A stretch of 64,000 nt of DNA from Blasia pusilla (lineage: Eukaryota): assembly GCA_050084515.1 (NCBI GenBank), contig CM114271.1:5394001-5458000 (forward strand), given 5' to 3'. This document shows, in pieces, positions 24,251 to 38,000 of this stretch. Made by a program: the position numbers and the translations under genes. Positions within the stretch are counted from its first letter, which is position 1, and the number at the start of each line of letters is the position of its first letter. The notes below the pieces were generated by a model. It was not told the origin of the DNA, ran no database searches, and was given only the letters and a program-made list of their open reading frames with translations.

Positions 24251-26785
24251 CATGGTAGTTGTTGGATCTTCTAGCAAAACAAGAGAAGAGAATGTTGAAA
24301 GAAACTCAAGGGTCATCAATCCTTGTGAGGTCATTGACATGGAGTAGATCCTTAGTAAGTGTCACCGCAACAAAAATTCAAGATAAAGTCATAGCTTCCG
24401 AGTGGAACTCCAAAGACGCTCTGAAGCCTTGGTTATCTAATTAGAATTGTGTCAATATGTAGCAACCTATGTACCCTCATTAGATCGCATGATAGAAGGA
24501 TCCTACAAGTGTTCGGTGATCATTTAGGACCCATCTCCTTTGAATACCTCATGGAAGAGCTAACTTGTAGACAATCTTCTTGAATGATTGTCTTATGTCG
24601 GGTTGGTCTTCTCCTAACTGAGTTAGTGCCCCCCACCCAGCCACCCCCCTTTGCTTTTTTAGGGTATTGGGACCTTAAAGCACCCATTTCTTTGCTCCAA
24701 TTTCTTTGTAAGGAATAGATCCATGTTATCAAAATACATATCACATGTGGATGATAGCTCATCCTCCCTACGATCTTCCTTTAGAGCATGTAGGGATTCC
24801 CTTCTAAATGAGGCTGGAACAGTTCTCCCAACTTTCTCCTCAATTATCTCCAATCAATATTGTCTCTATGGAAGCCCACTTTGAGGAAATTTTTGGAGGC
24901 ACTCTGTTCAATGGGGATATTCCCTTGGAAGTTCAACGCATATTCATTCTTGCACCAAGAAGGGGGAAAGCTCATGGGTGGGGGCTCGCCCTCTCATTTT
25001 AGATTTTCATATTACACCATCGGTTTTCACCATAGCAATGCGATTATGGTTGGGCCTCTCGTAACTTTTCATGGTTGGTTCGACATATTGTGAGTGTCTT
25101 CAAAGCATGAATTCTCTTGGTGTGCATTTGGCACGTTGTCTCGTTGGGGATGAGATATTGTCACTCATCATGTTGCTCATGTTATCATGCTTTGTAATGC
25201 TTGCAAGAGCGGCTTCCACATGTAGAGAGCTAGAGTGGCACTATGCCATGCGGAATTCCCTTATTTGTGTTGATCTTTGTATGACTTGATAGCACAAAGG
25301 AAATTGTTACAAGAAATGGCGATGAAAAGACCGAAGTAAACTGAAATTTATAGTTCTCTTTAAGAAGGGCATTTATTTGTCCGACTAGCGTGGAGATGTA
25401 TGGGGCTATGGGGGAGAGGTTTAACTCATTCCTCATCAATTGCGCTTATCACCTCCACTCGAGAAATGAGTTTTCTTTAACTACCATGGTCCTTATTGCA
25501 GAAAATGAATATCCATAGCTTTATAGCATGCCAAGGCAATGGGCTTCTAAGGTAAGATGATGCCATGAGGGATGCCACTTCTAGAGGCCCTTTTCATGAT
25601 AGTCATATCTTTAATTAAGTGTAGTCAATATTATTTCTATTTTTTATGAGTTTAGCTCGTACGGGGCTCCTCCTCTTCCTTTGCACCATGACATATATAA
25701 CCATGGTGTTCTTGACTATTTGAATCACCATATTTTTGTATTTCTAATGGATACCCCTATCTCTTTTTATCCAGGTCTTGTTTTTCTCTATCTATACCAT
25801 TTTGTCTTACTTACTATAAATAGTAAATCAAAATAGTGAGACGATGAGACAAAATAATAACAATGGTATTATTTTATTACTTGATTCATAATTGATGTCT
25901 TTAGAGAGAGAAAATGAGTTCATCATTTGGGAGAGGGGAAGTGATTTAACTAATGAAGAATGGATGTTATTGTTATGAAGAAATCAAAGATGAATTAAAT
26001 TTTAATAGAGGAATGATACATTATTTCAAACTTTATGAAAGAGTGAAATATTGCTCCAACCTTTACTGAAACCATATTCCACTTTTATTTTTCAAAGTGT
26101 GTAGTTTAAGGGAGAGAGATATTATTATTCTTTAAGAAAATAGAAAAATGAAAATATTTGAAAATAAAATAAAATATTGAGGAAATATTTCTAGATTGTT
26201 TTAAATTATTCCTATAAAAATTAAGTAGCACGACTAAACCTAGCACTCAATGAAGTTTGTAGCTAAAGGTGAGCGTTGGCATGACAACAACGAAGCGAAC
26301 GGACTAAAGGGCAAAGTGTTTGTTTCCTCGTCACTGATCAATCATCCGAACGAGATAGACTCATTCCCGGCACCTTATCCACTGCCGCCGCCGAATACCG
26401 GCAAAGCGCCGGATTTCTAGCGCTGCCAGAGAGAATCTCCGGTGGAAAGCCGGACGCATCCCTTCTCAGATCCCCCAGTACGCCACGTGGAATGCCCGGG
26501 GTGGCTATCCTGGATATGAGGGGTTTATGGTGCCGGTACCTCGTCCACGAGGGTTTCGCTGGAATCAGAGGAATTCGCTTCCGCCATAGCCAACAGGAGA
26601 AACGGGGACGAGGAGAGCGACAGCAGTGGAGAGGTTTTTTCAGCTTTTCTGTGTCTCCGCTCACGCGTCGCTGCGATTCGGGGTGCAGAATCGGAAGCGG
26701 GATCTCGTGCAGTGGGAGAGAGTGCCGAAATCGCGAGCGAAGGTGAAGATTTGGTGAAGAAAGAAACGAGGAGGAATCCGCAGAG

Positions 26786-27352
26786 ATGGCCGCAGTAGCG
26801 CAGGCGTCGTTCAGTGTGTGCGCTCCGAGAGCGATTGTTTGCGCACCAGCGGCGTCGAGCGTGGGCGAGAAGGTGCACATGGGAGTCGCTGTGAAGGCGA
26901 GGCAGTGTGCGAGCTTGAGCGTGTCCAGTAGGCGGTCCGTTGCTGCGAGGGCAACAACGACAGACTTGGCGGAACTCAACTCTTTGGTGGAGATAATCAA
27001 GAAATTGTCGTTGGCTCAAGCTAGGTCTCTCACCGATAGATTGCAGGATGAGCTAGGAGTGTCCCCCGCAGCATTCGCACCATCGACCGGCGGTGCCGTT
27101 GCGGCTCCCACGGAGGCAGCCCCCGCCGCGGAGGAGAAGACAGAGTTCGATATTCAGTTGGACGAGGTTCCAGCCGCAGGTCGGATTGCTGTGATCAAGG
27201 TGATCCGCGCCTTGACGGGTCTAGGATTGAAGGAGTCCAAGGATCTCATCGAGGGGCTGCCGAAGAAGGTGAAGGAAGGGAGCACCAAGGAAGAAGCGGA
27301 AGATGCGAAGAAGCAGCTGGAGGAAGCGGGAGCCAAGTGCTCTATCATATGA
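26786..27352 (+). CDS. RPL12: Plastid 50S ribosomal protein L12 (bL12) with transit peptide
   Basis: Ser/Ala-rich N-terminus, then EEKTEFD...[28 protein letters not shown]...[17 protein letters not shown]. Single exon. Confidence 0.97.
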   Translation: MAAVAQASFSVCAPRAIVCAPAASSVGEKVHMGVAVKARQCASLSVSSRRSVAARATTTDLAELNSLVEIIKKLSLAQARSLTDRLQDELGVSPAAFAPSTGGAVAAPTEAAPAAEEKTEFDIQLDEVPAAGRIAVIKVIRALTGLGLKESKDLIEGLPKKVKEGSTKEEAEDAKKQLEEAGAKCSII

Positions 27353-28762
27353 GCGGTTGGCTGAGAGGATGCCCTACACTTCCTTCCTTGTGAACTTCGG
27401 GTGCGGAGACGAAGATTTCGGAGCATGTTGGACGGATACTGTGGAGAGTCCAATTCGACACCATTGATTGTAGAAGAGTACCTGCGATTTGCTGACGTTC
27501 AAGTTGATGAACTGCCGCTGGTTGGAGACAGTATCCGCGTGAAAAGAAGCGCTGCGGTGTGTGCTTATCTCCTGTCTAATATTGTAGAGGAATTTTGAAT
27601 ACAAGTTCAGTGCAGTGCACTGATTGTTTGCGCGCACATATTTGACGAACGGACTTCATACCTGGATTTTCTGTGGATTGTCAGTGGCTATCATGTTCTC
27701 TACATTTGTGGCCGTGAGTGTTTCGTCTGTCGCGGCTTTCAGTGGAAACCGGGCGTAAATTGTGTTGGACAAAGAACGAAATGAGAAATGTCCTCTTTTC
27801 CCCGTTTGCTGACATTTATGTGCACCTGACACACTGCTTTACAAATTGACTGACGTTCCAATCCATAGAACCGTTAATTAGATGCTGTCATGCATTCGAG
27901 ACTCTAGAACGGCCCGACCAGTAGTGACATGACCTAGGTTTAGTTACGAGTTTCGCGGAAGAGATCTTTCATCGGGATTACTTCACTGGAGTATAGGTTT
28001 CGAGGTTTAAGACTTGCATCTGATCTTCCTACAGGCTCCTGCAAAACTGTCACGATGCTGAACTCTTCGCGTGCAGAACCTAACCCCTCCTGGGACCTGT
28101 CGCTCTTTTCTCGTCACGAGAAAAAGAGCGAGCACCTCCTTTTCTGGATTGTCATAGCAGCAATCTTCGGCTGCAGCAATTAACCTCTTCTTGAACCATT
28201 GGCCCTTCTTTGCCCGTCTATTGCGTACTTAACCATATCTTTCTTGAAATACAGAAATTTATCTCCTCGCTCTCGCCGTTGAATGATCTCACGGCATGCA
28301 TGACAGCTATCTTAGCGCGCAGAACCTACCATCTTCGTAAGCGGGCTGGTCTTCAATCCCCTAGACCGCGTGAGACAATTTTTCAGATTTCTTCTTCTCC
28401 AGTCGCAGACGGGATCCAGCGTCCACACGTTCAGCCTTTGGCGTTCTCTGTTCAGATTCATGCGAATGTCGTGGCGATGTTTTTTAAGCATCGCGGAAGA
28501 ATACGAGGGCTCTGTCTGTATGAGTGTATGAGGTAAGTGTGTGACAGGCACAATAGGCATCTCAATCAATGCAAGCATTGATTAATAGGAGGGTCAAAAG
28601 AAACCAGTGTGGAGGGAGAAAATAAATAATACGCAAGCGGGATGGACCCTGGATAGCCCAAATGAGGAGGGCAAAAAACGAGTATATGGTAGATGATAGA
28701 GTATATGGAAGGACCCCAAAGAGTATATGTGAGACGAGTATATGGAAGGACCACGAGGATCA

Positions 28763-29210
28763 TCTACACTATTATGGGAGAGGACCTCTTTGCTTTATAA
28801 CCTCCCCTTCTCTCAGCATTTTCAACCAATATTCGAACGTTTTCTTGACTTATGAGATCGCTCAAAAAACAAACAGAATTTTAAAAATTAATTAGTATTT
28901 TAGGAGTTGATTTAAATTCGGACTTACACTATCTTGACACATATCTCATCATTTTCAACTAATATTAGATTGATTTCTTGATTTATGAGATCGCTCAAAA
29001 TTTGTTTGAAAGATAATAAAAATTTTAAGAGTTAATTAGTATTTTGGGAGTTGATTTAAATCCGGGCTTACACTATCTTGATACATATCTTTAAGATCAT
29101 ATGATATTTAAGACAAAAAATTATTCGAATTTAATTGTACATTATGAATGGTAAATCAGAATTATACTTTACTTTCAATATGTGCATAGCATAGCATGGG
29201 CACCAACTAG
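28763..29210 (+). mobile_element. Non-autonomous Helitron with an internal duplication
   Basis: A|TCTACACTATTATGGG ... GCATGGGCACCAACTAG|T, an A/T insertion site without TSD. It interrupts a GAGTATATG/GGACC repeat that continues on both sides. Confidence 0.75.
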
Positions 29211-30559
29211 TATGTAAAGGCTGGATAGCTTAAATGATGAGAAAAAAAAAAGTTTATTTAAGGACCATAACAAGACGAGTGCATGTAAAGACCGCAACAA
29301 GTATATGTAAGGGTCGGACAGAGAGCCTAGATGATGAGAAAAAGAAAAGAGTATATTTAAGAACCATAATAAGATGAGAAAAAAATTATATATATATATA
29401 AATAAAAGGACCGTAAGGAGTATATGTAAGGGCCCTGAATAATTCTATAGAACTGAAACCGGAATTAATTTACACATTTAAATGCATGTAACTGTCACAA
29501 GTTCAAATAAGATAGAAGTCGGATGTTCTTTATGCATGTATACTCATGAACAAGAGCATGTTGTAATACTAACGTAATTAATAGCAGGTTATGGCCTTCA
29601 CAAACTCCCCCTTTTCTAAGCATTCGATAGGTTTTCCATCACCCCCTCGTTACTAATTGGAGCTTAATCCTATAATGTAATTAATTGGTTCCATCTAGTA
29701 ATTTTGAGGAAAGGGAGCACTCATTACTCATTAGTTTAATGACAGCTCAAGTCATAAAAGCTTGTGAATGCTTGTTGTTCACAAGGAGAGAAGAAAATCG
29801 TAATTTAGTAAATCTAATTAATTTTTTATTAAAATCTAACGCAATACTATTAAGGGAGAGAGTATCTCAATTTGCAAACATCTCTAAGGTTGACGCATGG
29901 CAGTAAGAAATGGCTAAGAATTTATCTCATTAGTAGAGATGGGATTCTCATCAACAAACATCTTTGAAAATAACACTTGTCGTTTGGGGTGGCCTCTTAT
30001 CATCACCCATGTCACCTCTAATTAGTTGTTCATGTCTTACTTAGTTAGAAGTACCAAGGAAATATAGTTTCTCAATTCGCAAACACTCCTTTAATTGACA
30101 CATGAAAATAAGAAAATGTCTTGGTAGCACTCGCAACAAGGAAATTTCATTAAGTGATTTTTTTGGTTGCATGATTATTGGGTGGCACACTAGTCGTATT
30201 GGTGAGTAGGGCCACTTCACTTTTAGGAGCAAGCATTTCTCTCAAGACCAGTTTTTTTACACGAAAGGTTAAGGGTTCATTACTAGTGGATGATATTACT
30301 CACGGGGTATGAACTTCTCATTTATGTCATTTCCTTCTTACATGCAATTGCACTTCTTCGTTATGTCATCATAGCCTTGGTTAAAAAATTTCAGTTGCAA
30401 TGTTTGAAAGTTCTTGTGTTATTTAGGTTAGTTTCCCTAGTTTCCTAATTCCTTAACTTTAAAATTTGTCTTTCTTTTGATATTTTTTTCTACTACCAAC
30501 CATAAGTGAATTTCCCACGAGTCAAAAGTCAAACTTTTTTTTTCTCATTTCCTTGCACC

Positions 30560-32820
30560 GTAGCAATGGCATCTTCAACATTAACTGAAGAAACAATAGC
30601 ACATGGTTTTTTCCATGAGATATATTAAAATTATTCAAAAAAACTCTTCAAATATGTTGAGGAAAATCCAAGAGATTAAGTGACGCTAAAAGTCTTAAAG
30701 GTGAGAGAGATGGGATGACGAAGATATAAAAGTGAGAACAAAGTTCATCTTAAATATAAATAAGTTTTATGATCCGTATTCGTTGATGAGGAGAGAAATT
30801 GTACAAAGAAGAGCAACACTTTAATGTTTGCTTTGCCAATGAAATCGACGAGAAAACTTCCTAATTGGAAGGAAAATTCCAAGTTGTACCAAGAGTAGGG
30901 TAAGTCATAGGGAAGCATCAATACGTCCAATAGAAGTTATCGAGCATGAAGAATCTAAGAAACAAAGCACATACGAGTACTTGAAAGCTTAAAAATTGTT
31001 GGCAACAAAAAGAAATGGTAAGCATGCAAGAAACATTAACAACCTTTCTTTGAGACGAATAAGCATACAAAAGGGATTCTAGAAGTGGTTACAAATCTAA
31101 GATACTTTGACATGCCTAGCTTTTGATGAGCCATGTGGATGGTTTTTTGGACATATGAGCGTTCAAGATTCCTTGGTTTAACTTTCCTTAAGACAAAGGA
31201 TCCAACTTATGAAGCATACATAGTCTAAGAGAGAGAAACGGAGAGAACGACTTAGTGGGATATCAATTTTTTCTTCATTGACCAAGGAACGAAGTTCTAG
31301 AACCAAAAGCTCATTTCATACTTGAAAGCAAAAAAAAAATGGTAACAACTTCATATATGCGTGATTTGTTTGGATGCAAATAATGCCTATTATCTTGCAC
31401 ACGCAAAGTTAGATTATTCTTATTGGGCTTATGTAGCAAGTTTTTTATTTGGACTCTAATCCATGCACTACTTGGTGATTAGATACCCTATCAAGCCTTG
31501 TGTAATGAAACACCCTCAATTTGCTTATGCACATCTGTTTGGTTGTTCTTCTTGATTTCACATATCAAAGGAAAGGCTAAAGAAGCTTGATGAATAAATA
31601 AGAAGATAGATGTTTTTTCTGGCTATGTAGAAATTTTGAAAGTGTATACGATTTCTGTACTTGAGAGTAAGGAGATCATTCTTAGAATGATGTTATCTTT
31701 GATGCAAAGGAGGTACCTATTATAGCATGTGACATATCCCCCTCAAGATGTCAATCTCCATATCGTGGAGTTTGGGTTGTTTGGCTCTTCCAATCCATAT
31801 ATATGTCTCTACACAATAAAGATGAATCAATGATCTTATTGTTTACATAAACAATGAGTTAATTGGAGGAAATAATTTGAGATTATTATAACTCAAAAAG
31901 AAGAGTTATAGAGGCGCCATAAGATGAGGAATTTTGGTGATTTGAAACATGTCATGGCATTAAATTACGTAGAAGTAAAGTAGGTAGTACCATTAGATTA
32001 AGATTAACTAAGTACATCTCTCAAAAGTGTGAAGATTTCAATGTGAAGGAAGTAAAAGAAGTTGCAATATCAAAGAAGTTAGAGCACTTGGCCATTCATG
32101 GGAATGATATGTTGCTTGACTCAAATGGAATCAAGTTGTATCAATAAGCATTGGGATCTTTGTTGTATTTGGAAAATGCAACTGAGTATCGTATTTCTTT
32201 TGCTTCTCATCAGTTTGCACACTATATGTCTTGACCTTTCACATCGTATTCACAAGAAGTAAAAGGGGTATTTTGATATTTGAAACGAACAAAGAATTTT
32301 GAGTTGATGGACGTTGTCAAACATGCAAGTTTGCAAGTACAAGGATATAATGATGCAGATTAGGGTTGTAAGGAGATACGATGTTCAATTGGAGGCTTTG
32401 CTTTCACACAAGGCGAAGGATTTTTTGCTTAGTCGAGAAATGAATTTTTTTCTTACATGAACAGGGGGAGAGTATGGAACTATTAATATTGCGCCAAAGA
32501 AGCCTCTATTAATTGAAAAGGCAATAAGAGATTATGATGTGGAGAAACTAGCCAGAATCCTCATTCATAAGGATAATCAATCATGTATCGCAATTGCAAG
32601 AATCATACTTATCACGATCGTGTCGTACACTTTGACATTCCACATTATTTTTGTATGGAAATATGAGAAGAAGGGAGATTAGAACTCGATTATTGTCCAA
32701 TTGGAGTAAATGGCGGCTGACATCTTCACAAAACTCTAGCTAAAGCAAACCTCGTCGAGATATTTTAGGGCTTGTAGGGTTCTCATGAGATGAATTTCCT
32801 TCTCACAAAAGAGGAGTTTG
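30560..32820 (+). mobile_element. Highly decayed Ty1/copia remnant
   Basis: FGC...KLDE...GY (integrase C-terminal region, about 31530-31650), ALGSLLYL, GYNDAD, DNQSCIAIA, ADIFTK and a PPT-like AAAAGAGGAG at about 32807. The left boundary is uncertain. Confidence 0.75.
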
Positions 32821-35019
32821 AAAACCTAGGTCACTATTATATATAAACCCATAACTATAGCATCATAGTAAGGGCTACTTCACTTTTATAAGCATATAGT
32901 TCCTTTCACTCATGAGTCGTTCAAGGTTACATGTTATTAGTAGATAGCATTATCAATAAGGTGAGAACTTCTTATTTATGTGCTCTCCTTCTTATATGTA
33001 GTATATCGATATCAAATATCTTAGCCAATAAATGACCAAGAGCATTTTTGGGAGATATACTAGGTCTCTAAACAAAGGTGGAGAGTGGAGGCCTCTTTGA
33101 AGTTAGAGACATGTGAATTCATTCAGTAGCAAGAGTTTGGAAAGGATTAAAACTTCAAAGAGTCACATTGTGGGTTATCAAAGAGTCACATTGTGGACAA
33201 TATGTGCAAGGTGTACTTAGAGAAAATGGGCGTCGACCCCGTAGGCTGAGAGTAACCTACTAGGGAGAAGGTCAACTTATGTGAACGTAACATGCAAGAT
33301 GATTTTCCTCTCTTTTGGAACCATAGTTACTCTTAGTTAGAATCACCTAGTTACTCTTCTAGGGAAAGTCTTCTTAATTTGGAATTTTAGTGATCTTTCT
33401 CAATATGGGAAGGTTGCTTTAGACTTTTCATAGGAGGTGTGGACAAGGTTGATGCGATATATCATATATGCAAAGGTGGGCAAGGCCAAGGGGAGGCCTT
33501 GAGAATATTGGAGCGAAAGCATTTCCAATATGTTGTTGGCCATGTTCCCTATAGAAAACACTTTAGTGTATAGGGAGTAGAATGCTTGATCTTGTATGTT
33601 TTTTCGGAGCTTTATTGTTGTTAAGAACAAATGTGTGCATAAACACTCCTGATTTTTTGGCAAGATTATGCCATGTATAGAACAAATATTAGCGAAACTA
33701 GACGAGAGTTCTTATCTTGTTGTAAAATGTGTAATGGAGGAGAGCATGAATCAAAGAACACAAGGGGGGAAACATGCAAGACGTGTACACACGGATCAAA
33801 CAATGAAAGAAAATGCAATGATGATCTTAATCATTGCCAACCTTATCCATATAGTGTGACATGGTGGTGGAGAGGTGCACAATGGGAGAGTCTTGGATTG
33901 GCAACCATTCAATGACACAACAATGGACAAGTTTTGAAGGATCGTATCCCAAAGGAGAAATACTCCAAATATTTTTCATCATATCATGTATCCACAATCA
34001 CAACATGCAGAAGACGAAGTCCGTTTGACTATGCAAGAATCATGCCAGACGAGATTCCTAAAGAAGTTTACATTTCTAAAAGATGTCTTGGCTTTCATTT
34101 CAATCTGATATCTAGATTTAGATTTAGAGAGGAGTGGCCCTAATACTCGGAAGGAAATGAAAATTGATGTGTAAAAATTGTAACAAAAGCCCTTTCATGT
34201 GGAATAATGAAGGAAAGAAAATATTACAACTCTATTTTGGATGTAAGGTTGTAGTTTCATGATGGGTAGCATCTTCCACAAAATGCTACGACCTCAAAAT
34301 TCTCTGATATTTTGATATCTTCCATCCCTGTTTTCTTCTCTCACGATGAAAAAACTCCTCATCATGACCACCATGCTTCCATTTTAAGTGAAGGATTTTC
34401 ATCAGATGATAATACAGCAATACACCTAACCTCGTTGCAAAAGTGAATGAAACAAACATTGGCTTTCAATGCTATATACATCCCATTTTCTATTTAGGAC
34501 CCTCACACCGCCTTTCTCACCTTTCTTTCTTGAAGATTTTCCATCCTGTGTTTTTTAGAGAAGTCTCTTTCTTCAGACATGAGGTTTGTAATATGGGAAA
34601 AAGAGTTGAAATATTGGAGGCCAAGTTGATTCCAAATCAACCCTAACTTGCCAGCTTCCTAAGAATCATCCCCATGCGGCAAAAATGTGCACATGCATGA
34701 TTGTAATCATGTGAAGCATACATAGTCACATTCCACATGCCATGATCTTGCAGCTTTACATAAGACATTCATCCATGCAAAGGACCAGACTGGGACTTGT
34801 AGATTTCGGCCTCTTCGATTTGCATGCAAATGCCAATTTCCATATGACATTCTGTCTCTGTAGTCTAAAAGAAACTTCACCAGAGCAGGATGTTGGATCT
34901 CACGCGCCGCACACAACTTTGCTAGTAATACACTCATTTAGGAAAAAAAACTTTGATTTGAGAATGAGACATGGATCATTGTAGAAATAATGAGAAAATG
35001 TACAATTTTGTAGAACAGA

Positions 35020-38000
35020 TCAAATTATAACCTCAAACCCGCATTGTGTCCTCCTCAACCATTCCAGAACGGAGGCACAGGCTGCTGGGTCCGTGAATAT
35101 TCTGCATAAATGACATACAACACTCAGGCATTATATTTGCAAGAGGATATGGCAGGTACTTGCTTGCAGTTCTGCTGGATACTCAGAGACCTCAGCTGAC
35201 ACTGGTCTCTATCAGAGTTTGGAGTACTTTGCATTCAAACAAAGGTACTCCATGCAGGGATGGCACAAGAAGAGAACATCAATAAAGTGAGGATGATGAC
35301 GGAATTAAGATTTACCTGTTTTGAGGTGTATAAGTTTTGAGAGCTTTGAGTTCTCTTTCATTCCCTGTCGTTCGCTCATCTATTTTTGTCGACAAAGGGG
35401 GCGGTGCTAGAAAGCCAGACTGCCTTTTGAACTCATTCTCCAGTAGACACACAACTGAGGTCTGCAAATTACAATGAACTCGGGTAAAGAGACCAAACTT
35501 TCTTTTAAATAGAAAATGTCAAGCGCAACAAAAAGACAGCAAGGGGACTCATGAAATACAGCAACAGTAAAACCACATCCAACCACAGTAGAGAACAGAG
35601 AGACCCCATTACAAACAAGAGGTCATATACCTCTGAAATCTTATCACCTTGATCTTGGAAAAGCTAATCTAACCACAAGTAGCCAGTTAAGGATAGCATC
35701 TCCTTTGCCTAGAAGCTAAGCTATCCACCAATGAACCCCTAAACATAGGATTCCCACGGACCCCCCTACCACATCAAAAGTCCATTAGGTTGGCTGTGCA
35801 ACCAAAAATCCATTATGTCTTGTGTAAACCAAAAAAAATCTATAATGAGTTAAATTAATCATAAACTGGAAACCCTCTCAATTCAACTCCTACTCATGTG
35901 GAGGTGACTTTCATTTAGGTGGAAAAAGGCTGGATGCCTAGACATTGTTTTGCATTGGAAACTGTCGGGGCAGTACTTGGTAGATGACATGTGTCAACCT
36001 ATTTTTATTCTACTCGTACCTTTTTTATAAGGACATCCCTTGCTATGCATAGCTGGTGGTTTCTATTTTATTCTGCTAACACCCCTTCCTACTATATAGG
36101 TTTGTTCACTTCGTCATTGCTTGCCATCATGTGGCCTCTTTTCTCTATTTGGATCCTCTATCTCTCCTTCTTTGGAATCCCAATCACACTGATACTTTCC
36201 ACAATCGGCACATTCACATGCGAAGGTGGGACCAAAGCTAATTTTTTGGCTGTGAGATTCCCACTTCCTTTCTTGACTTACTTTCAGCACTTGTACCTTT
36301 TCATCTTGGGAATCTCCTAATCCCCTTTACCTATGCTAATTTGACTCTTGCAGTTCCTCTCACCTCGTTGATGGATGTCCTTTTTTTCCTCGGCCTATCC
36401 CTATTTTTCCTTGGACTATCCAAATCCCCCTTGCCTATTTTAACTTGGCTGTTCACACTCCCCATCTCTTTCTTCTATTGTTTTCTGCAACACCTACATT
36501 TTATTGTTTCGATGGTTCCAATCCCACACCCCTCTTCTACTTTCCCTCCCTCTTTCTTGATTCTATTTCTAACCCTCTACTTTTCTCTTGTTTGGACTCT
36601 AATTATTCCCCTTACCTATTCTACTTTGGATCTTCTAGTTCCCCTTGTCTTTAAGGGCTTACTTTTTTCAACCTTATTTATTTTCTTATTTGTCTTTCCC
36701 CCCTCCCTCCCACCATTCTATTCTAATTCGACTGTTCCAGTTTTAGTTGTCTTTTCTTGATAATTTTCAACCTTATTTGTTTTCTTATTTGTCTTTCCCC
36801 CCTCCCTCCCTCCCTCCCACCATTCTATTCTAGTTCGACTGTTCCAGTTTAGTTGTCTTTTCTTGATAATTTTCAACCTGTCACTTTTTCCTTTTTGGAC
36901 TATCCTAATCCTAAACCTCCCTTTTACCTATTTTGACTTTACTCTTCTCGTTTCACTTGTCCTTTCTTGGTCGATTTTCAAATCCTCCAACTTCTCTTCA
37001 TTTGACTTCACTAAACCCCCTTTGCTCTCTTCATCCTCAAATTCAAGTTGACTCTTCTACTTCCCTTTGTGTTTTCTGGAGGATTATTTTGGCTCATCTA
37101 CACTAGAAGAATCCTCTAAAATCCTTTCTCGGTTTACTCTCTTTCATCCCTTTCCATCCCTAAATAACAAGGTGACAGCATTGGATTTCTATTGGATTCT
37201 CTCATAGTCTCTCATTTTGCGATGAGAAATAGTGCAAACACCACTCATTTTGTTTAGTATAGTATAATACTGAACCTAGGCTTCCAAGCGTTTGACAATC
37301 TTATACACCACCTCTCTTAAGAAGATATCTCACAAAGTTTGAGAACCCTATACTCATTTGGAGTATAGTACATGTCTTGCTAAACCATGTTATTGTGTAG
37401 TTAGTGGAATCCTAATCTACAGGTAATTTACTTGTGGATTTCTACTCCCATCTTGTTTTTGAGAGCACCCCTCATCTTTACCTACCTTTCCTTCTGCTCT
37501 CAAGGTTACCATATGACGTATATTATGCATGAGTGGAATGTAAAATGATGCAACACTCTGCTTGCAAGAACTGAAAAGCAAAATGTTGAAACAAGACTTG
37601 GAAGAAGCTATCCTCAGCTCTTCACAAAGATGGTGATTTGAGCTTTACTTTTCACGAGTGAAGAGATCCTGGGACTGTGGATATGGGAGCATTCCAAGAT
37701 CCAGAATTGGTTCGGAAACCCCCATTTGAACCATCCAGCTGACTCTCAAACTAACGAGTCCAAGAGCAGATAAATCTATTTGGACTTGAGATGGGCGGGC
37801 CCGTGCGTCATTTCGTTAGCCTCGTTCAAGAAAGATATCGAACACAACAGGACTAGGAATTGACAACCTCAAGGAGACAGCTGACCACAACAAACAAAAC
37901 ATTCCAGTGAAGGCGATAATGGAAGGACGTGCCGAAGCGTACCGTTGAAGCTGAGGCATCAATCCAACGGAACTTGTCATCAGACCGAAACCAGGTCAGC

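Noticed and set aside
29668-30193. Fourth Helitron (TCCTATAAT...CTAG|T, short similarity to 22265-22290)
   Set aside because: The 3' hairpin is unconvincing and the termini do not match the other three copies.
35991-37051. Hydrophobic plus-strand ORFs as membrane proteins
   Set aside because: They are translations of a pyrimidine-rich low-complexity strand inside an IPT9 intron.
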